DNA from: Eledone cirrhosa
Taxonomy: Eukaryota
Direction: 5' to 3'
DNA: 64,000 nucleotides
Assembly: GCA_964016885.1 (NCBI GenBank)
Contig: OZ024743.1
Location: 249,860,001-249,924,000, forward strand
Part shown: one piece after another, positions 42,691 to 57,621 of the stretch
Layout of the letters: every line of letters begins with the position of its first letter
Numbering within the stretch: position 1 is the stretch's first letter
The notes under the pieces: model-generated
The model's input: the letters and a program-made list of their open reading frames with translations, nothing else
What the model was told of the DNA's origin: nothing
Database searches by the model: none
Made by a program: the position numbers and the translations under genes

Positions 42691-43739
42691 TACAGAAAAT
42701 CTAAATTTAAAACATTTTTGCTCAAATCATTGAAAGTTTAGTTCTGAGGTTGAGAAAATTAGAGGAAATGTTGGTTATGACCAACATCTATCTAAAAGAG
42801 TGGTTCAGTAAAAAAGCTACTAGATTGGGTTGTCAACTTCTGGACAAAACATACAACTCTATATTGTAACTCTTTAATTAGCAGAAGTGGGAGATTTTCA
42901 TAGAAAGTTATCCAACAAAACACTATTATTCCATCTTCTTGCAGTATTTATCTCTCTGCAGACCTTGGAACTAAGCAGTATCACCCTTATGTATCAAGCT
43001 GATTCATAAAAGAATTAAATAACATTTAACTAACAGTATCGAGGAGACACCACATGTCTAGGGTTATAATTTATTGTTGACTATTATGTTAAAAAATATA
43101 ATCTGGTTGACATTTACTCATTATACAACATTTTCTAGACCTTAACATTTTTTACAGATTACTGGTTGTTCTTATTAGTGAAATGGTTGGAACAGACATT
43201 ATTCAAATATTATATAGTCATGATAAATCTATTTAGTGAAGGCAAATAACTTAGTGGCTGGAGAGTTGGATTTGCAATCATGAGGTTGTGAGTTCAATTC
43301 CCAGACTAGGCAATGCATTGTGTCCTTGAACAAGACACTTTATTTTCACATTGCTCCTTCTGCCAGGAGTTGCAACCAGATAGTATCAGCAATTCAAAAA
43401 CCAATGGAAACATTGTTTCTTCATCTGATCTGATGAGTTTCACCTCACTTGGTCAACGAATGAGGATCTTGTTGATTTGGATACACAAAATATCTATACT
43501 GGTGTAACCTCTTTTCATTACTATATTTCTAATGAAAGACACAGTGTATAACAGTCAAATCATTTGGAAAATAATTGTGGGTCTCACATGGATATTTTCT
43601 TTAGTGGGAAAAATGGCCTTAAAATATTTGTTTTCACTGGGATCATGTGCCAGCTTGCACCTAAGGTTATGCACTGTAGAGAGCTTTCTCAGACACTATC
43701 TGGGCTTGTATCATTGGGCTAACAATGAATGATCATTCT

Positions 43740-44570
43740 TTTTCATCTTCTTATTCTTCCATTTATTCCTGGAAGGGTAATGAGGGGATAGTTCTCAGAC
43801 AAGCCTTCCAGAAGGTCATATCAGAAGCAACCATCTACAATTGATCTGGTTAGATGCCCAAGCTCATGGATGTCATCCAACCAACTTACTTCTGGGTCTT
43901 CTGCTGGCTCACTCTACCCATAAAATATGTCCAGTGATTCTATCCTTAGATATTCTAACCATAAGTTCATAGGGTCTTCTGCTGGCTCACTCAACCCATA
44001 AGATATGTCCAGTGATTCTATCCTTAGATATTCTAACCACAAGTTCATAGGGTCTTCTGCTGGCTCACTCTACCCATAAGATATGTCCAGTGATTCTATC
44101 CTTAGATATTCTAACCACAAGTTCATAGGGTCTTCTGCTGGCTCACTCTACCCATAAAATATGTCCAGTGATTCTATCCTTAGATATTCTAACCACAAGT
44201 TCATAGGGTCTTCTGCTGGCTCACTCTACCCATAAGATATGTCCAGTGATTCTATCCTTAGATATTCTAACCACAAGTTCATAGGGTCTTCTGCTGGCTC
44301 ACTCTACCCATAAGATATGTCCAGTGATTTTATCCTTAGATATTCTAACCACAAGTTCATAGGGTCTTCTGCTGGCTCACTCTACCCATAAGATATGTCC
44401 AGTGATTTTATCCTTAGATATTCTAACCACAAGTTCATAATACTGAAGCTGTGATCTCTCGATGCAGTGAAGTAGTGGCTCTACTGGACTGGCTCCCTGA
44501 TCTCTGAACTATGCACCAGATTAACATTAGTCTAAAGATCCTTTAGTAGAAGTTCATTTTGGCTGCTTAC
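43740..44570 (-). mobile_element. RTE-like LINE 3' fragment hosting a minisatellite
   Basis: Reverse frame VEPLLHCIERSQLQYYELVVRISKDRITGHIL..RRPRS..WLDDI. A related 3' end lies at 20880-21015. Confidence 0.6.
43894..44439. repeat. 78-bp minisatellite x 7
   Basis: Unit starts at 43894, 43972, 44050 ... 44362. Copies are nearly identical. Confidence 0.97.
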
Positions 44571-44759
44571 ATCAAGTTATTTCTCCTGTCCTGTTTTATG
44601 GTTTTTCAATTTAAAAAAAACAACAAAAACAAAGAAAAAATCCTAGGAAATGGTTTAAACCATTTCAATGTAGTGTTGTTTGTCATCATATTTGAAGGAG
44701 ATTGAGCAGAGCTTTCTCTCAACCATCAAGTGACCATGTAGAGGTTCAAATATTCTACT

Positions 44760-45146
44760 AGATGATAATGATGATGATGATGATGATCAGAAGACAGAGA
44801 AAGATGCAAATGATGATAGTGATGATGATCAGCAGGATGCAGAGGATGAGGTGAATGGTGATGGTGGTGGTTATGATGATGATGATGATGATGATCAGCA
44901 GGAGGCAGAGGACGAGGTGAATGGCGATGGTGGTGGTTATGATGATGGTGATGATGATCAGCAGGAAGCAGAGGACGAGGTGAATAGTGATTATGGTGGT
45001 AATGATGATGACGATGACGATGATGATGATGATGATGATCAGCAGGAGGCAGAGGATGAGGTGAATAGTGATGATGGTGGTTATGATGATGGTGATGATG
45101 ATGGTGGTGATGGTGAGGAGGATGATGATGATCAGCAGGAGGCATA
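44760..45146. repeat. (GAT)n-based higher-order repeat, about 5 units
   Basis: CAGCAGGAGGCAGAGGATGAGGTGAAT followed by variable-length (GAT/GGT)n. Confidence 0.9.
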
Positions 45147-45448
45147 GGAAGAGGAAACAAATGGTAACAATAGTGATGAAACATAAATAGAAGGTGGACT
45201 TGTATGAAAAAATATGTAGGATTGAAGAGAGTTTAATTCCTCTGATATTAAATAGCCATTAATAGAAATATTTTGATATTCTATTTACAGAACAAGAATA
45301 TAAACAGATTTCATACCAGTTATTTAAAGTATGGCGATTTCTTTATTAATATATATATATATATATTAGTACACAAGCTGGTGTTCTACAGATGTATAAG
45401 TAATATTTGGTTTCTTCACCAAACTACAACACAGCTTTGTGAGTGGAT

Positions 45449-45523
<75 letters not shown>

Positions 45524-45552
45524 ACGTGCATGTATGTTTGTGTGCAAGGGGA

Positions 45553-45584
<32 letters not shown>

Positions 45585-45632
45585 ACGTGCGTGTATGTTT
45601 GTGTCATTGGGTGTATATATATATATATATAT

Positions 45633-45745
45633 ATGAAAAGATTCAGGACCCCGGCAGCTGAGCTCCGGCTATTTCGATAGCTAGATCTAATACCTAGCTG
45701 TTGAAATTGCCGGAGCTCAGCCGTCAGGGTCCTGAATCTTTTCAT
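45633..45745. repeat. GC-rich palindrome, arms about 52 bp
   Basis: ATGAAAAGATTCAGGACCC..GCTGAGCTCCGGC.ATTTC..AGCTAG and its reverse complement. Both strands translate MKRFRT..AELR. Confidence 0.9.
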
Positions 45746-45869
45746 ATTACCCACTCTACTACTCCAAGTATGGAGTACTCTGGTGGGTTATGGTCCACCT
45801 GGTATCTTACCACACCCTCTCTAATATATATATATATATAAATGTATGAGGGATGTGTGTGTGTGTTAC

Positions 45870-46140
45870 CCTAGTTATTGTACTTTCCGAACACCCACCT
45901 CCGCTGCTAATTCGGTCACCTAGGTAGCAGAAGCTGTCTACTGTTTCTATAGAGCCCTCCCAGAGTTTGGTGGTGCTTGTTTCCTGTGGCTGTTTGCTGC
46001 TTGCTGTCCCAGCGCAGCTGCTACATGTGAAGCCTACATTCTTAGTTAAGCTTCCTGAGATCCCACTACATCTCTTGTGTACCCATTTTTTGCATTTGGG
46101 ACAGAGGATGGATTCCTACCTACACCTTTCCTACATACTG
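45870..46140 (-). mobile_element. RTE LINE internal fragment (PHD-like finger region)
   Basis: Homologous to 53590-53870: [47 protein letters not shown]. Confidence 0.8.
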
Positions 46141-46613
46141 AGCAAGGCCATATATATATATATATATATGAATAAAATGGCAAGCTGTGTGGTTGCAATT
46201 AAGTATAATGAAAAATAAAATATAAAAGTTATGGGCGAAAGAGGGGAATATCCGTCATCAGTTGTCTGCTAGGAATCATAGGTATTCCTTTGCTTTAGAG
46301 ACAATATACCTCAGCCTAGCGCGAAACAATAACTAAAATAAGTTATTGGGATAAAAATGGGGGATGGGTGAGAAAAACATATAAACAGACACGAAGGGTG
46401 GAAAATTAGGAAAAATATCAAGTCAACAACTCATTTTGAACGTAAGAACTGGCGAGTTTGACAAGAGAAAAAAGACACGTCTTCCCTGTAGCCATATATA
46501 TATATATGTATGCATATATCTATATCTATATCTATGTGTATATATATATCTATGTATATATCTATGTGTATATATATATCTATGTATATATATATGTGTA
46601 CATCTATATCTAC

Positions 46614-46645
<32 letters not shown>

Positions 46646-47056
46646 TAGTGGCACCATTCAGTGTTTCACCCCGTTCTTTGGTAGAACGAAATTCTTGTTG
46701 ATAAAATGAATCCTCTGTTCGATCATGAATACCACGAGCTTGCCAGTTACATAAGTCTGATATTTGATTTCGGATTCATAGAAACACTTTAAACGTATAG
46801 TGTTTGATTTGTCCAGGTGTATTTTTTCAACCTGTTAGTTCGTTCATTACTTTGGTATTGTGTGTTAGATTTTGCCTACCACAATGTTCAATTTGCCAAA
46901 CTATTTAAACGTATGTTATTACTCTGAGGACCTACCTTGTCGAGTGCTTTGCTAACTCATTCATATCGTAGGTCGAATCTGCTTGCACACCGCCAAAGAT
47001 TCGATATATATATATGTATATATATATATGTATATATGTATATGTATATATATATG

Positions 47057-47143
<87 letters not shown>

Positions 47144-47164
47144 CGATTTTACTAAGCCTCCAAT

Positions 47165-47256
<92 letters not shown>

Positions 47257-47258
<2 letters not shown>

Positions 47259-47581
47259 CACATGGCTTAGTGGTTAGAGCATTAGCCTTGCAATCGAAAG
47301 GTTGTGAGTTCAATTCTCAGACCGGGGGATGTGTTGTTTCCTTGACCAAGACACTTTCTTTCCAGTTTACTCAGCTGTAGAAATGAGATGGTAGGGACTG
47401 GGGTCCCTATCATTCCACTGCAAAGTGGTCGTGGAGGTGCCTCAGCAAAAAAGCACCCAGCACTCACTGTAAATGAGGTTGGTGTTAGGAAGGGCATCCA
47501 GCTGTAGAAATCAAGCCAGAATCAGTTCCTGTCCCACCCTTACAGGGAAAAAGCAGACGTAAAATGATGATGATGATGATA
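47257..47581 (+). mobile_element. Full-length family-B SINE: tRNA head, CORE-like block and RTE-derived tail
   Basis: A box TGGCTTAGTGG, B box GAGTTCAATTC, CCTTGACCAAGACACTTT, AGGAAGGGCATCCAGCTGTAGAAA, tail CCCACCCTT..CAGGGAAAAAGCAGACGTAAAATGATGATG. Confidence 0.85.
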
Positions 47582-47994
47582 TATATATATATATATACAT
47601 AGAGAGGGAGAGAAAGAAAGAGACTGTGGCACCAAGCGATTTCGGCTGAACACACAAGCTGAAACTGCTTAGTGCCATGGTCGAGATTTTACATATACCC
47701 GGCATCTCTTCATGCATCGAATACTCCTATGATTAGTGGTTTTCCTGGACTTAACACCACAGACTATTTCTCTCTCTATATATATATACACACATACAAT
47801 GACTGCCTGTTCTGGGAATTGAACTCAAGACCTTATAATCATGAGCCAAACACCCTAACAAATGAGCTACATGCCTTTATATACACATACACACATGTAT
47901 ATATGTATACATATGTGTATATATGTATATATGTATACAAACACACATATATATATATGTATATTGTAGGATGTTTAAATGATTTCTAATTTAG

Positions 47995-49200
47995 GTAATT
48001 TAGGCACAAGGATAGCAAATTTAGGGCACAGGCAAAGTTGATTAAATCAACTCCAGTATTTGACTGCTACTGTATTTTATCAACCCCTGGAATGGTGAAA
48101 TACAAAGTTGATCTCAGTGAGATTTGAACTCAGAATGTAAAGTACCAGAAAAAATACTACAACAGCATTTTATTCATTGCTCTACCAATTCTGCCAATCC
48201 ATCACTCTTTGTATATTGAGAGAAAGAAGTGAGAATCTAAAACCTGTAGAGAAAAACAAAAAGAAAGAGAATGAGATCTGGAGAGATGTAGGAAGGAAAT
48301 TGGATATGAGGAAATCTTGTCCCTTAAGTTCTAAAAATGGCATTAACAGAGCAATAGTAGAAGTAAGGTGGCATATTTTATTGATATCCTCTTTCACATA
48401 CAAGTGTGAAGTTCAAATCTTAAGAACTAATAATAATAATAATATTAATTTATTCTACTTTAGGCACAAGGCCAGCAATTTGAAAATGAAGGGAAAGTCA
48501 ATTAAATTGACTTCAGTGCATTACTGGTACTATTGTTACACTAACTGCTTTCCCTTTGTTGATGTTCCATTTCCTTTACTCAATCTAAACCCCACTCTGT
48601 TATTGTTATCTTATGTGTCCTTGTATTGTCCCAAATGCCTTGCACATACATACATCGACTTTCCCCTTCCTTCAAATTTCAGGCCTTGTGCCAATATTAG
48701 AAAGAATTAATATTTTGTTATTATTTACAGGGTTAATAAAATAAAGCACCAGTAATGCAATGGGGTTGATTTAATCGACTTTCCCCACCCCAAAAAATTG
48801 TTAGCTTTGTGCCTAAATCAGAAATATGGTGGATTGGCAGTATCGGTAGAGGGTCGGACGCTATGCTTTGACGCAAAGAGTTACGTCCCTTTACAGTCTG
48901 AGTTCAAATCTCGCCGAGGTTAACTTTGCCTTTCATCCTTACGGGGTCGATAAAATAAAGTACCAGTAATGTACTGGGTAATTGCTGGCCTTGTGCCAAA
49001 AGTAGAAACAATTATTATTATTATTATTATATAGGTGGTGGATTGGCAGTATCAGTAGAGCATCAGACTCCATGCTTTGCAACATAGAGTTATGTCCCTT
49101 TACGTTCTGAGTTCAAATTCCATGGAGGTTAACTTTGCCTTTCTTCCTTACAGGGTCAGTAAAATAAAGCAACAAAGGGAAAGCAGTTAGTGTAATAATA
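47995..49200. mobile_element. Family-A SINE cluster containing a local inversion (48531-49170)
   Basis: Minus copies at 47995-48200 and 48453-48530. Plus copies at 48655-49169. 31-bp inverted duplication at 48531-48561 / 49170-49200. Confidence 0.8.
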
Positions 49201-50759
49201 ATAGTAACTACACAGTCAAGAGTTTATTTCTTGTTTTGTTATTGTAAAAATCCAATTAAAACAGCTTACAGGAAGCAAGTTTATAAGAAAAAAAAAAGAA
49301 ACAAACAAATGTGCCAGGCTTTTTCCAGTGTTTCCCTATACAGACAGACAGACAGATAGCAGTGCTCCTTCTCTTCCTGTCTTTCAAAAGGGATAGCAGG
49401 CCATACTCTGGAAAAGGGTTATACAATGATTTGTTTATATTATAAACTAACTTCTGGACAGACCAACAGGACTCTCACCAACCTCCCAGTCTTTCAGAAG
49501 GGGGATAGCAAGGGACCACAGGCAATAAGAAATGAAAGGGGCTAAGATAATATATACATTTGTTTATATTATACTGGAGCAAACTTTGCTGGACAAATAA
49601 ACAATTTACTTTGACTGTTAATGGATAATTATTTTCTTATCAGTTGATTGGCATTTATTTTGGGGGCTATAACAAACACCCTGATTGTCAGCTGTTGAAG
49701 GATGAGGGTTGGGAAGTAGTTATAACTGAATACAACAGTTGCAAAAGCAGGTCTTGGTTATTCTCAGATGTATGAAGGGAATCCATCAATTGTCAAGATA
49801 ATAAATAATCTTGAAATTTATATGAAAAAAAAACAAAACAAAATAAATAACAAAAAATAAAGTAGAAGAGATACTATCAAATGAAATACTGTACTATGTG
49901 GGTGGTTTATAAATAAAGTTGTCCAGAAGGAATAGTGAGGAAACTTAACCCTGTTAGTATATTTCTCATAAAATACATTACCTATGTTTTTCTATTAATT
50001 TTGTAAAATACAGCAGTTTCAGGTTGGAATCAAATTTACAAGTTGTAAAATAGTAACATTAATTTTGTATGAGAAAATAGTTTCATATTAGATTGGTTAA
50101 CAATAGCACTAACACAGAGTGATTCAATATAAAGTACACATATTCAGAATAAAGGACACATATACTATGTGTTTACATATAGTAAACATACATCTAGTCT
50201 CACTGTAGGTATTTAAGCTACAAACCTGTCACAGCAGCTACTTCAGCAAACAATGAGTGATGAATGTATTTCATTGTTTGTACATATCATCAGTATGAGC
50301 TTATCTACTCCTGGGTGCTGAGTTATGCAAAACGGTAGCATCTATGGGATTTTGTAAACAAACTATTCTTGGTGAAAGATTTTATTTACACATAGTGCAT
50401 TCTGTCAGGATTTAGCAAAAAATATCCAAGAACCAGGTTTGTTAACTTAAATGGTTATTGTATCTTTACTAGCTTATGAATCATTGTGAAATTTAATTCT
50501 TAAATATGATGCTGTGACAGAGTTGTTTGTACTTCTCAAGTCTTGCTAATAGTAGTACAACACCTCAAAAACTGGCTGCCCAACAGGAATAAAAACATCC
50601 CATGATCTTGCAAAAAAACCACATAAAGTATGCATCTCCCCAACGGGAAATAAAGGGTCTTGCTCAAGGACATAACACATCGCCCGGTTCTGGAATCGAA
50701 CTGACAACCTCACGATTGTGAATCCAATTCTCTAACCACTCAGCCATACGCCTTCACTA

Positions 50760-52859
<2,100 letters not shown>

Positions 52860-52868
52860 AATTCTTTG

Positions 52869-52899
<31 letters not shown>

Positions 52900-52900
52900 T

Positions 52901-52941
<41 letters not shown>

Positions 52942-52975
52942 TAGATATATATATATATACACATATATATACATA

Positions 52976-54400
52976 TACAGAGGCATTAAATTAATCGAAA
53001 AAGTAATAGCGCAACTAATCAGAAAGAGAATTGATCTAGATGAAATGCAGTTCGGGTTTGTGTCAGGAAAAAGTACCACAGACGCTCTTTTCATTGTACG
53101 ACAACTACAGGAGAAGTACCTAGCTAAAAGTAAACCCCTATACTTAGCTTTTGTCGACTTGGAGAAAGCCTTCGACAGAGTCCTCCGTTCCATTATCTGG
53201 TGGGCTCTTAGAAAACTAGGTGTTGACGAATGGCTTGTGAGAGCTATACAAGCCATGTATAAAGAAACAGTCAGTAAGGTTAGAATTAACAACGAATATA
53301 GTGAAGAGTTTAGCGTAAAAGTTGGTGTCCATCAGGGCTCTGTTCTTAGCCCCCTACTATTTATTATTGCCCTTCAGGCTATAACAGAGGAGTTCAAGAC
53401 CAGCTGCCCATGGGAACTCCTATACGCAGATGATCTAACGCTCATAGCTGAATCAATGACCGGACTAGAGAAGAAATTCCAAACATGGAAGCACGGCCTA
53501 GAATCAAAAGGCCTTAAAATTAACTTGGCTAAGACTAAAGTTCTAGTTTGTAGGAAAGAAAATAAGGCGGCGGTCCCTTCCGGGAAATGGCCATGCTCAG
53601 TGTGTAGGAAAGGCGTAGGTAGAAACTCCATTTTATGCCCCCAATGCAAAGTATGGGTGCATAAAAGATGTAGTGGGATCACAGGTAAGCTAACTAAGAA
53701 CATAGATTTTACATGTGGCCAGTGCTCTGGTGCAATAAGTAGCAGCAAGTGCCCACTAAATACTAGCTCTTTCAATTGCGCAGAGGGTTCTATAGAAATA
53801 GTGGACAGCTTTCGTTACCTGGGTGACAAAATCAGCAGTGGGGGAGGGTGCTCTGAAAGTACAGTAGCTAGAGTCAGAACTGGATGGAAAAAGTTCAGAG
53901 AGCTTATACCACTATTAGCCGCTAGAGGGTTCTCCCTAAAAATGAAAGGCAGGTTATACGATGCCTGCATACGAACAGCAATGCTGCATGGCAGTGAGAC
54001 CTGGGCATTGTGTGCAGAGGATATACGCAGACTAAAGAGGAACGAAGCTTGCATGCTCCACTGGATGTGCAATAGTAATATACGTGAACGGCAAAGCATA
54101 AACGAACTAAGGAAAAAATTAGAAATAAGAGGGATCAGATGTTGTTTACTCGAGAGAAGGCTACGTTGGTACGGTCATGTGATGCGCATGAAAGACGACA
54201 GCTGTATAACAAAGTGCAGGGCAATAAAGATAGACGGTAGCCACGGAGTAGGCAGACCCAGAAAAACCTGGGACGACATGATAAATTCCGACCTCACACG
54301 CTTACACCTCTCCAAGACAATGTCACTGGACCGAGACCTTTGGCGGTACTCAGTAATAGAGAAGACCTGCCTTACCTAAATACAAAGTAAAAACCTACTA
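52976..54400 (+). mobile_element. 5'-truncated RTE-clade LINE with an uninterrupted RT-to-C-terminus frame
   Basis: 444-aa ORF 53045-54379 with YADD, C4HC3 finger CSVC..CPQC..HKRC..CGQC, FRYLG, RWYGHV and GRPRKTW. No endonuclease domain. Confidence 0.93.
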
Positions 54401-54421
54401 CAGTCAGTAGGCATCTCTATC

Positions 54422-54543
54422 ATTTATTGTGTGTTACAATTGTTTCGCCGGCAGACAGCCTGCGGGTTCAGAATCAGACAGTTCCACACAATAGTTGCGT
54501 CTCGAGGTGTCCGCCGGCAAAACAATTGTAACACACAATAAAT
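54422..54543. repeat. Inverted repeat, 36-bp arms (34/36), Penelope-terminus-like
   Basis: ATTTATTGTGTGTTACAATTGTTTCGCCGGCAGACA / TGTCCGCCGGCAAAACAATTGTAACACACAATAAAT. The arm reads CGAAAC-AATT-GTA..AATAAA. Confidence 0.85.
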
Positions 54544-55019
54544 TGAGTTCAGATGCATCACTGATTTTTCGTTTTCTATCTTAACATACTCTGCTCTGTA
54601 AGAGTATAGAGTGCTCAACCGGCATACCGCCTATGGAAGCATCTTAGCTACCATCCTTACACACACATATATATATATATATGAAATGTGTGTATGTATA
54701 TATGTATAAACACATACATCAATATAAAGATACAATTATAAACAATTTATATGGGTGTTATATATGTATCAGTCAATTTGTCAAACTAAATCTAATTTCA
54801 ATTTTCACAGCCTCTTTGTAGTTCATTAAAAACAGATAAACAAATTGAGACAAGTTAAATAGATTTCCTGAAATATTTCACTTTGTTGTTGTTTATATCT
54901 CAAGGGTTTTAACATCATTTGACTTTACTAAATAGATAGATTATTCTCCACATCTCTAGCTGCATTCAAAATGCTAATTTTAAATTGTTTTCACAAGTTG
55001 AGAAATAAAGTCCAAGTAA

Positions 55020-55620
55020 TCACCATCATCATTGCTTTAATGTCCACCTTTCTATGTTTGCATATGTTGAATAGATCTTTTTCAGCTTCCCTCCATTTGT
55101 TGGGTTCCTCTATCATCTCCTCTGTGGAGTTCAGCATTATAAGATCAGCTTTTACTACCTGCCTTGGTCTTCCTTTTCTGTAACTTCCTTTCATTTGGAA
55201 CTGTTGACACTTCTTCACTTAATAATCGTCCTCCACATCTGTTATATGGTCGTTTTTCTTGCTCACAACATCTGATCCCTCTTATTCCCACTTTTTCTCT
55301 CAGCTTATCCATGCTTCACAGTTCAGGTACACTTACATTACACATCCAGGGGAGAATTTTGGCTTCATTTCTTTCTAACCTTGAAACATCCTCTACATAC
55401 AATATCCATGTCTAACAAGCAACATCACACTATCTGCTTCGACAGAAAACCCCTTTGTAGTCAACAGAAGCAGTAGATCCCTGAAAGTTTTGTACCCTGC
55501 TGTTCTGGCTACTATGCTATAGAGCAAAACCCCCTCCACTGCTAATATGGTCACCTAGATAACAAGAATTATCAACTACTTCCGTAGAGATGTTCATTGG
55601 ATTTGAAAGTTTTTATTTCA
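55020..55620 (-). mobile_element. Old RTE LINE 3' fragment
   Basis: Reverse frames VVDNSCYLGD, KKCQQFQMKGSYRKGRPRQVVKADL, and tail GTGGACATTAAAGCAATGATGATG. Confidence 0.75.
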
Positions 55621-55754
55621 CTGGTGATTTTACTGCTCTCTCGCTCTCTCTGTATATGTATATATATATATATTTATTATAAGAACAGATTAAAGTTTAA
55701 GCAAAGAATCGTTGCTTTCACTCTTAATGGGATCTTCTGAAACAATATATATAT

Positions 55755-55792
<38 letters not shown>

Positions 55793-56259
55793 CGAAAAAT
55801 ACTTTTATTAATGCTTGTATATTCCTCATCTCTTCCACCTTCTCTTTTATTTCTCTTTCTTGGTTAATCGATATGTTGGGCCTCTTCGATATCTTTTTAG
55901 TTGCAGCTCAGCAGTCGACTGATAAGGTACTGTCTATATTCATTCATTTTCCTGTCTTCACCCATATTTTTTATTCATTCCTATGTTTTTAGCTATGTGG
56001 GTCTCTTTTTTCAAATATATATATATATAAATGAAACAAACAAAACACAGGAGGTCATTGTTACCCCCCCCCCCACACACACACATTTATATATATCTTT
56101 TTTTTTAAGGGAAAACAGTGAGAGGGATCTGGAGTATCGCATAACCTCTTTCAGTTAGTCAGTATATCGATTTATCATGATCAATCAACCTTCTGAAATG
56201 ATCGTACAACAATGAACTGATTAAGCACGAATTGCCTTTTGTTTTCATTGTTCAACACG

Positions 56260-56302
<43 letters not shown>

Positions 56303-57289
56303 GTATATATATATATTAGAAAACACATGTCCAATGTGCCACAGAGTGAAACTAAACCTGAAATCGTGTAGTTGTAAACTGAACTTTTTAACCACACAAC
56401 CACGCTACTTTGGAATAAAACTATTTTACAATTAGTAAAATTCTTTAAAAAGAGGGAAAGAATTAGCAAGAACGAAAATTTATGAAGAATTCTTTTTTTT
56501 ATTTTAAGTTTTGTTTTATATTCATGTCTGTTAGAAGAAATTGTTTTCCTAATATTGTTCTTTGAAACTGTATGGAAATGTTCATGTTTAAGAATCTGTA
56601 GACCAATATTATGTTCGCAAAGTACCGAGCAAACAAATTAATTCCAATTTATCGTAACCAAAAATTTTCAATAATTAATTTGAATGAAAATAAAATTTTA
56701 TGATTGTTTTATTTATTGGTTTTGTATGTATATTTATCCCTGCAGGCAGAAAAATATGGAAAGAATGTCTGGAGAATGGAAAAGTTTGTTTTAAAGATAT
56801 GTCTATAGGCAACTCTCCACTGACAACCATATACGTATGTGTGTATGTAAACATATGTACGTGTGTGTATGTGTGTGTGTATTTGTTTGTGTGAGTGTGT
56901 ATCTGTGTGTGTGGTGTGTATGTAGGAAAGAAGAGAGAGGGAATGCTGGCATGGAAAATGGACATAAAATGGTGGTGATCAAATATGCAAATACATATAT
57001 ATGTGTATACAAATATACATACACACTAAACTGGTGGAGGAGGTATTAGAGTGTAATAATGTGTGTATGTGGGAAAGAAGAGGGAAGGGATGTTGGTGTG
57101 GAAAATGGACATAAAATAGTGATGATCATAAATACAAATATATATGTAAATTTATATATATATACACACACGTACACATCAAATGTGTATGTAGTGGTTG
57201 GGGTATTATTGTGCTAATATATGTTCTCATGTCTGAAATAGTTTCATATTGTAGGCATGAGTGTTTATATATATATATCTTTTGCTTTA

Positions 57290-57621
57290 GCCAGACTTGG
57301 TCACGAATGACGATGGTTTTGCAGCTAGAAAGTTTCCCTCCAAGGCACAAGGCTGGGCAGTTTGTTTTGTAGAAGACGACCAGTCACCGATGTATAGCTG
57401 TCTTCCCTCTCCACACCATCAATGATGTCCAAGGGAAAGGTAATGGCCGATACAGCTTAGTACCAGTGACGTCGCAATTCATTTCTACAGCTGAGTAAAC
57501 TGGAGCAATGTGAAATAAAGTGTCTTGCTCAAGGAAACAACACATCACCTGGTCTGAGAATGAAACTCACAACCTCTCAATTGCAAGCCCAATGCTCTAA
57601 CCACTAAGCCATGTGCCTTCA
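57290..57621 (-). mobile_element. Full-length family-B-type SINE
   Basis: Reverse strand GAAGGCACATGGCTTAGTGGTTAGAGCATTGGGCTTGCAATTGAGAGGTTGTGAGTTTCATTC..CCTTGAGCAAGACACTTTATTTCAC. Partial copies at 43245-43345, 50648-50757 and 63897-63962. Confidence 0.8.

Noticed and set aside
44726-45184. His-rich (-) and Asp/Glu-rich (+) ORFs
   Set aside because: Products of a (GAT)n-based repeat, with no convincing splice sites or unique coding context.
46920-46985. CTGAGGA-CCTAC..GTAGG-TCGAAT hammerhead-like motif
   Set aside because: The GAAA box and stem III are missing. At most a decayed element end.
47257-47330. tRNA gene
   Set aside because: The A/B boxes continue into a SINE body and tail, and there is no complete acceptor stem. 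The same applies to other SINE heads.
55860-56230. CpG-containing unique segment as a possible exon or regulatory element
   Set aside because: Splice-like signals are on conflicting strands and there is no ORF, so it cannot be supported from sequence alone.
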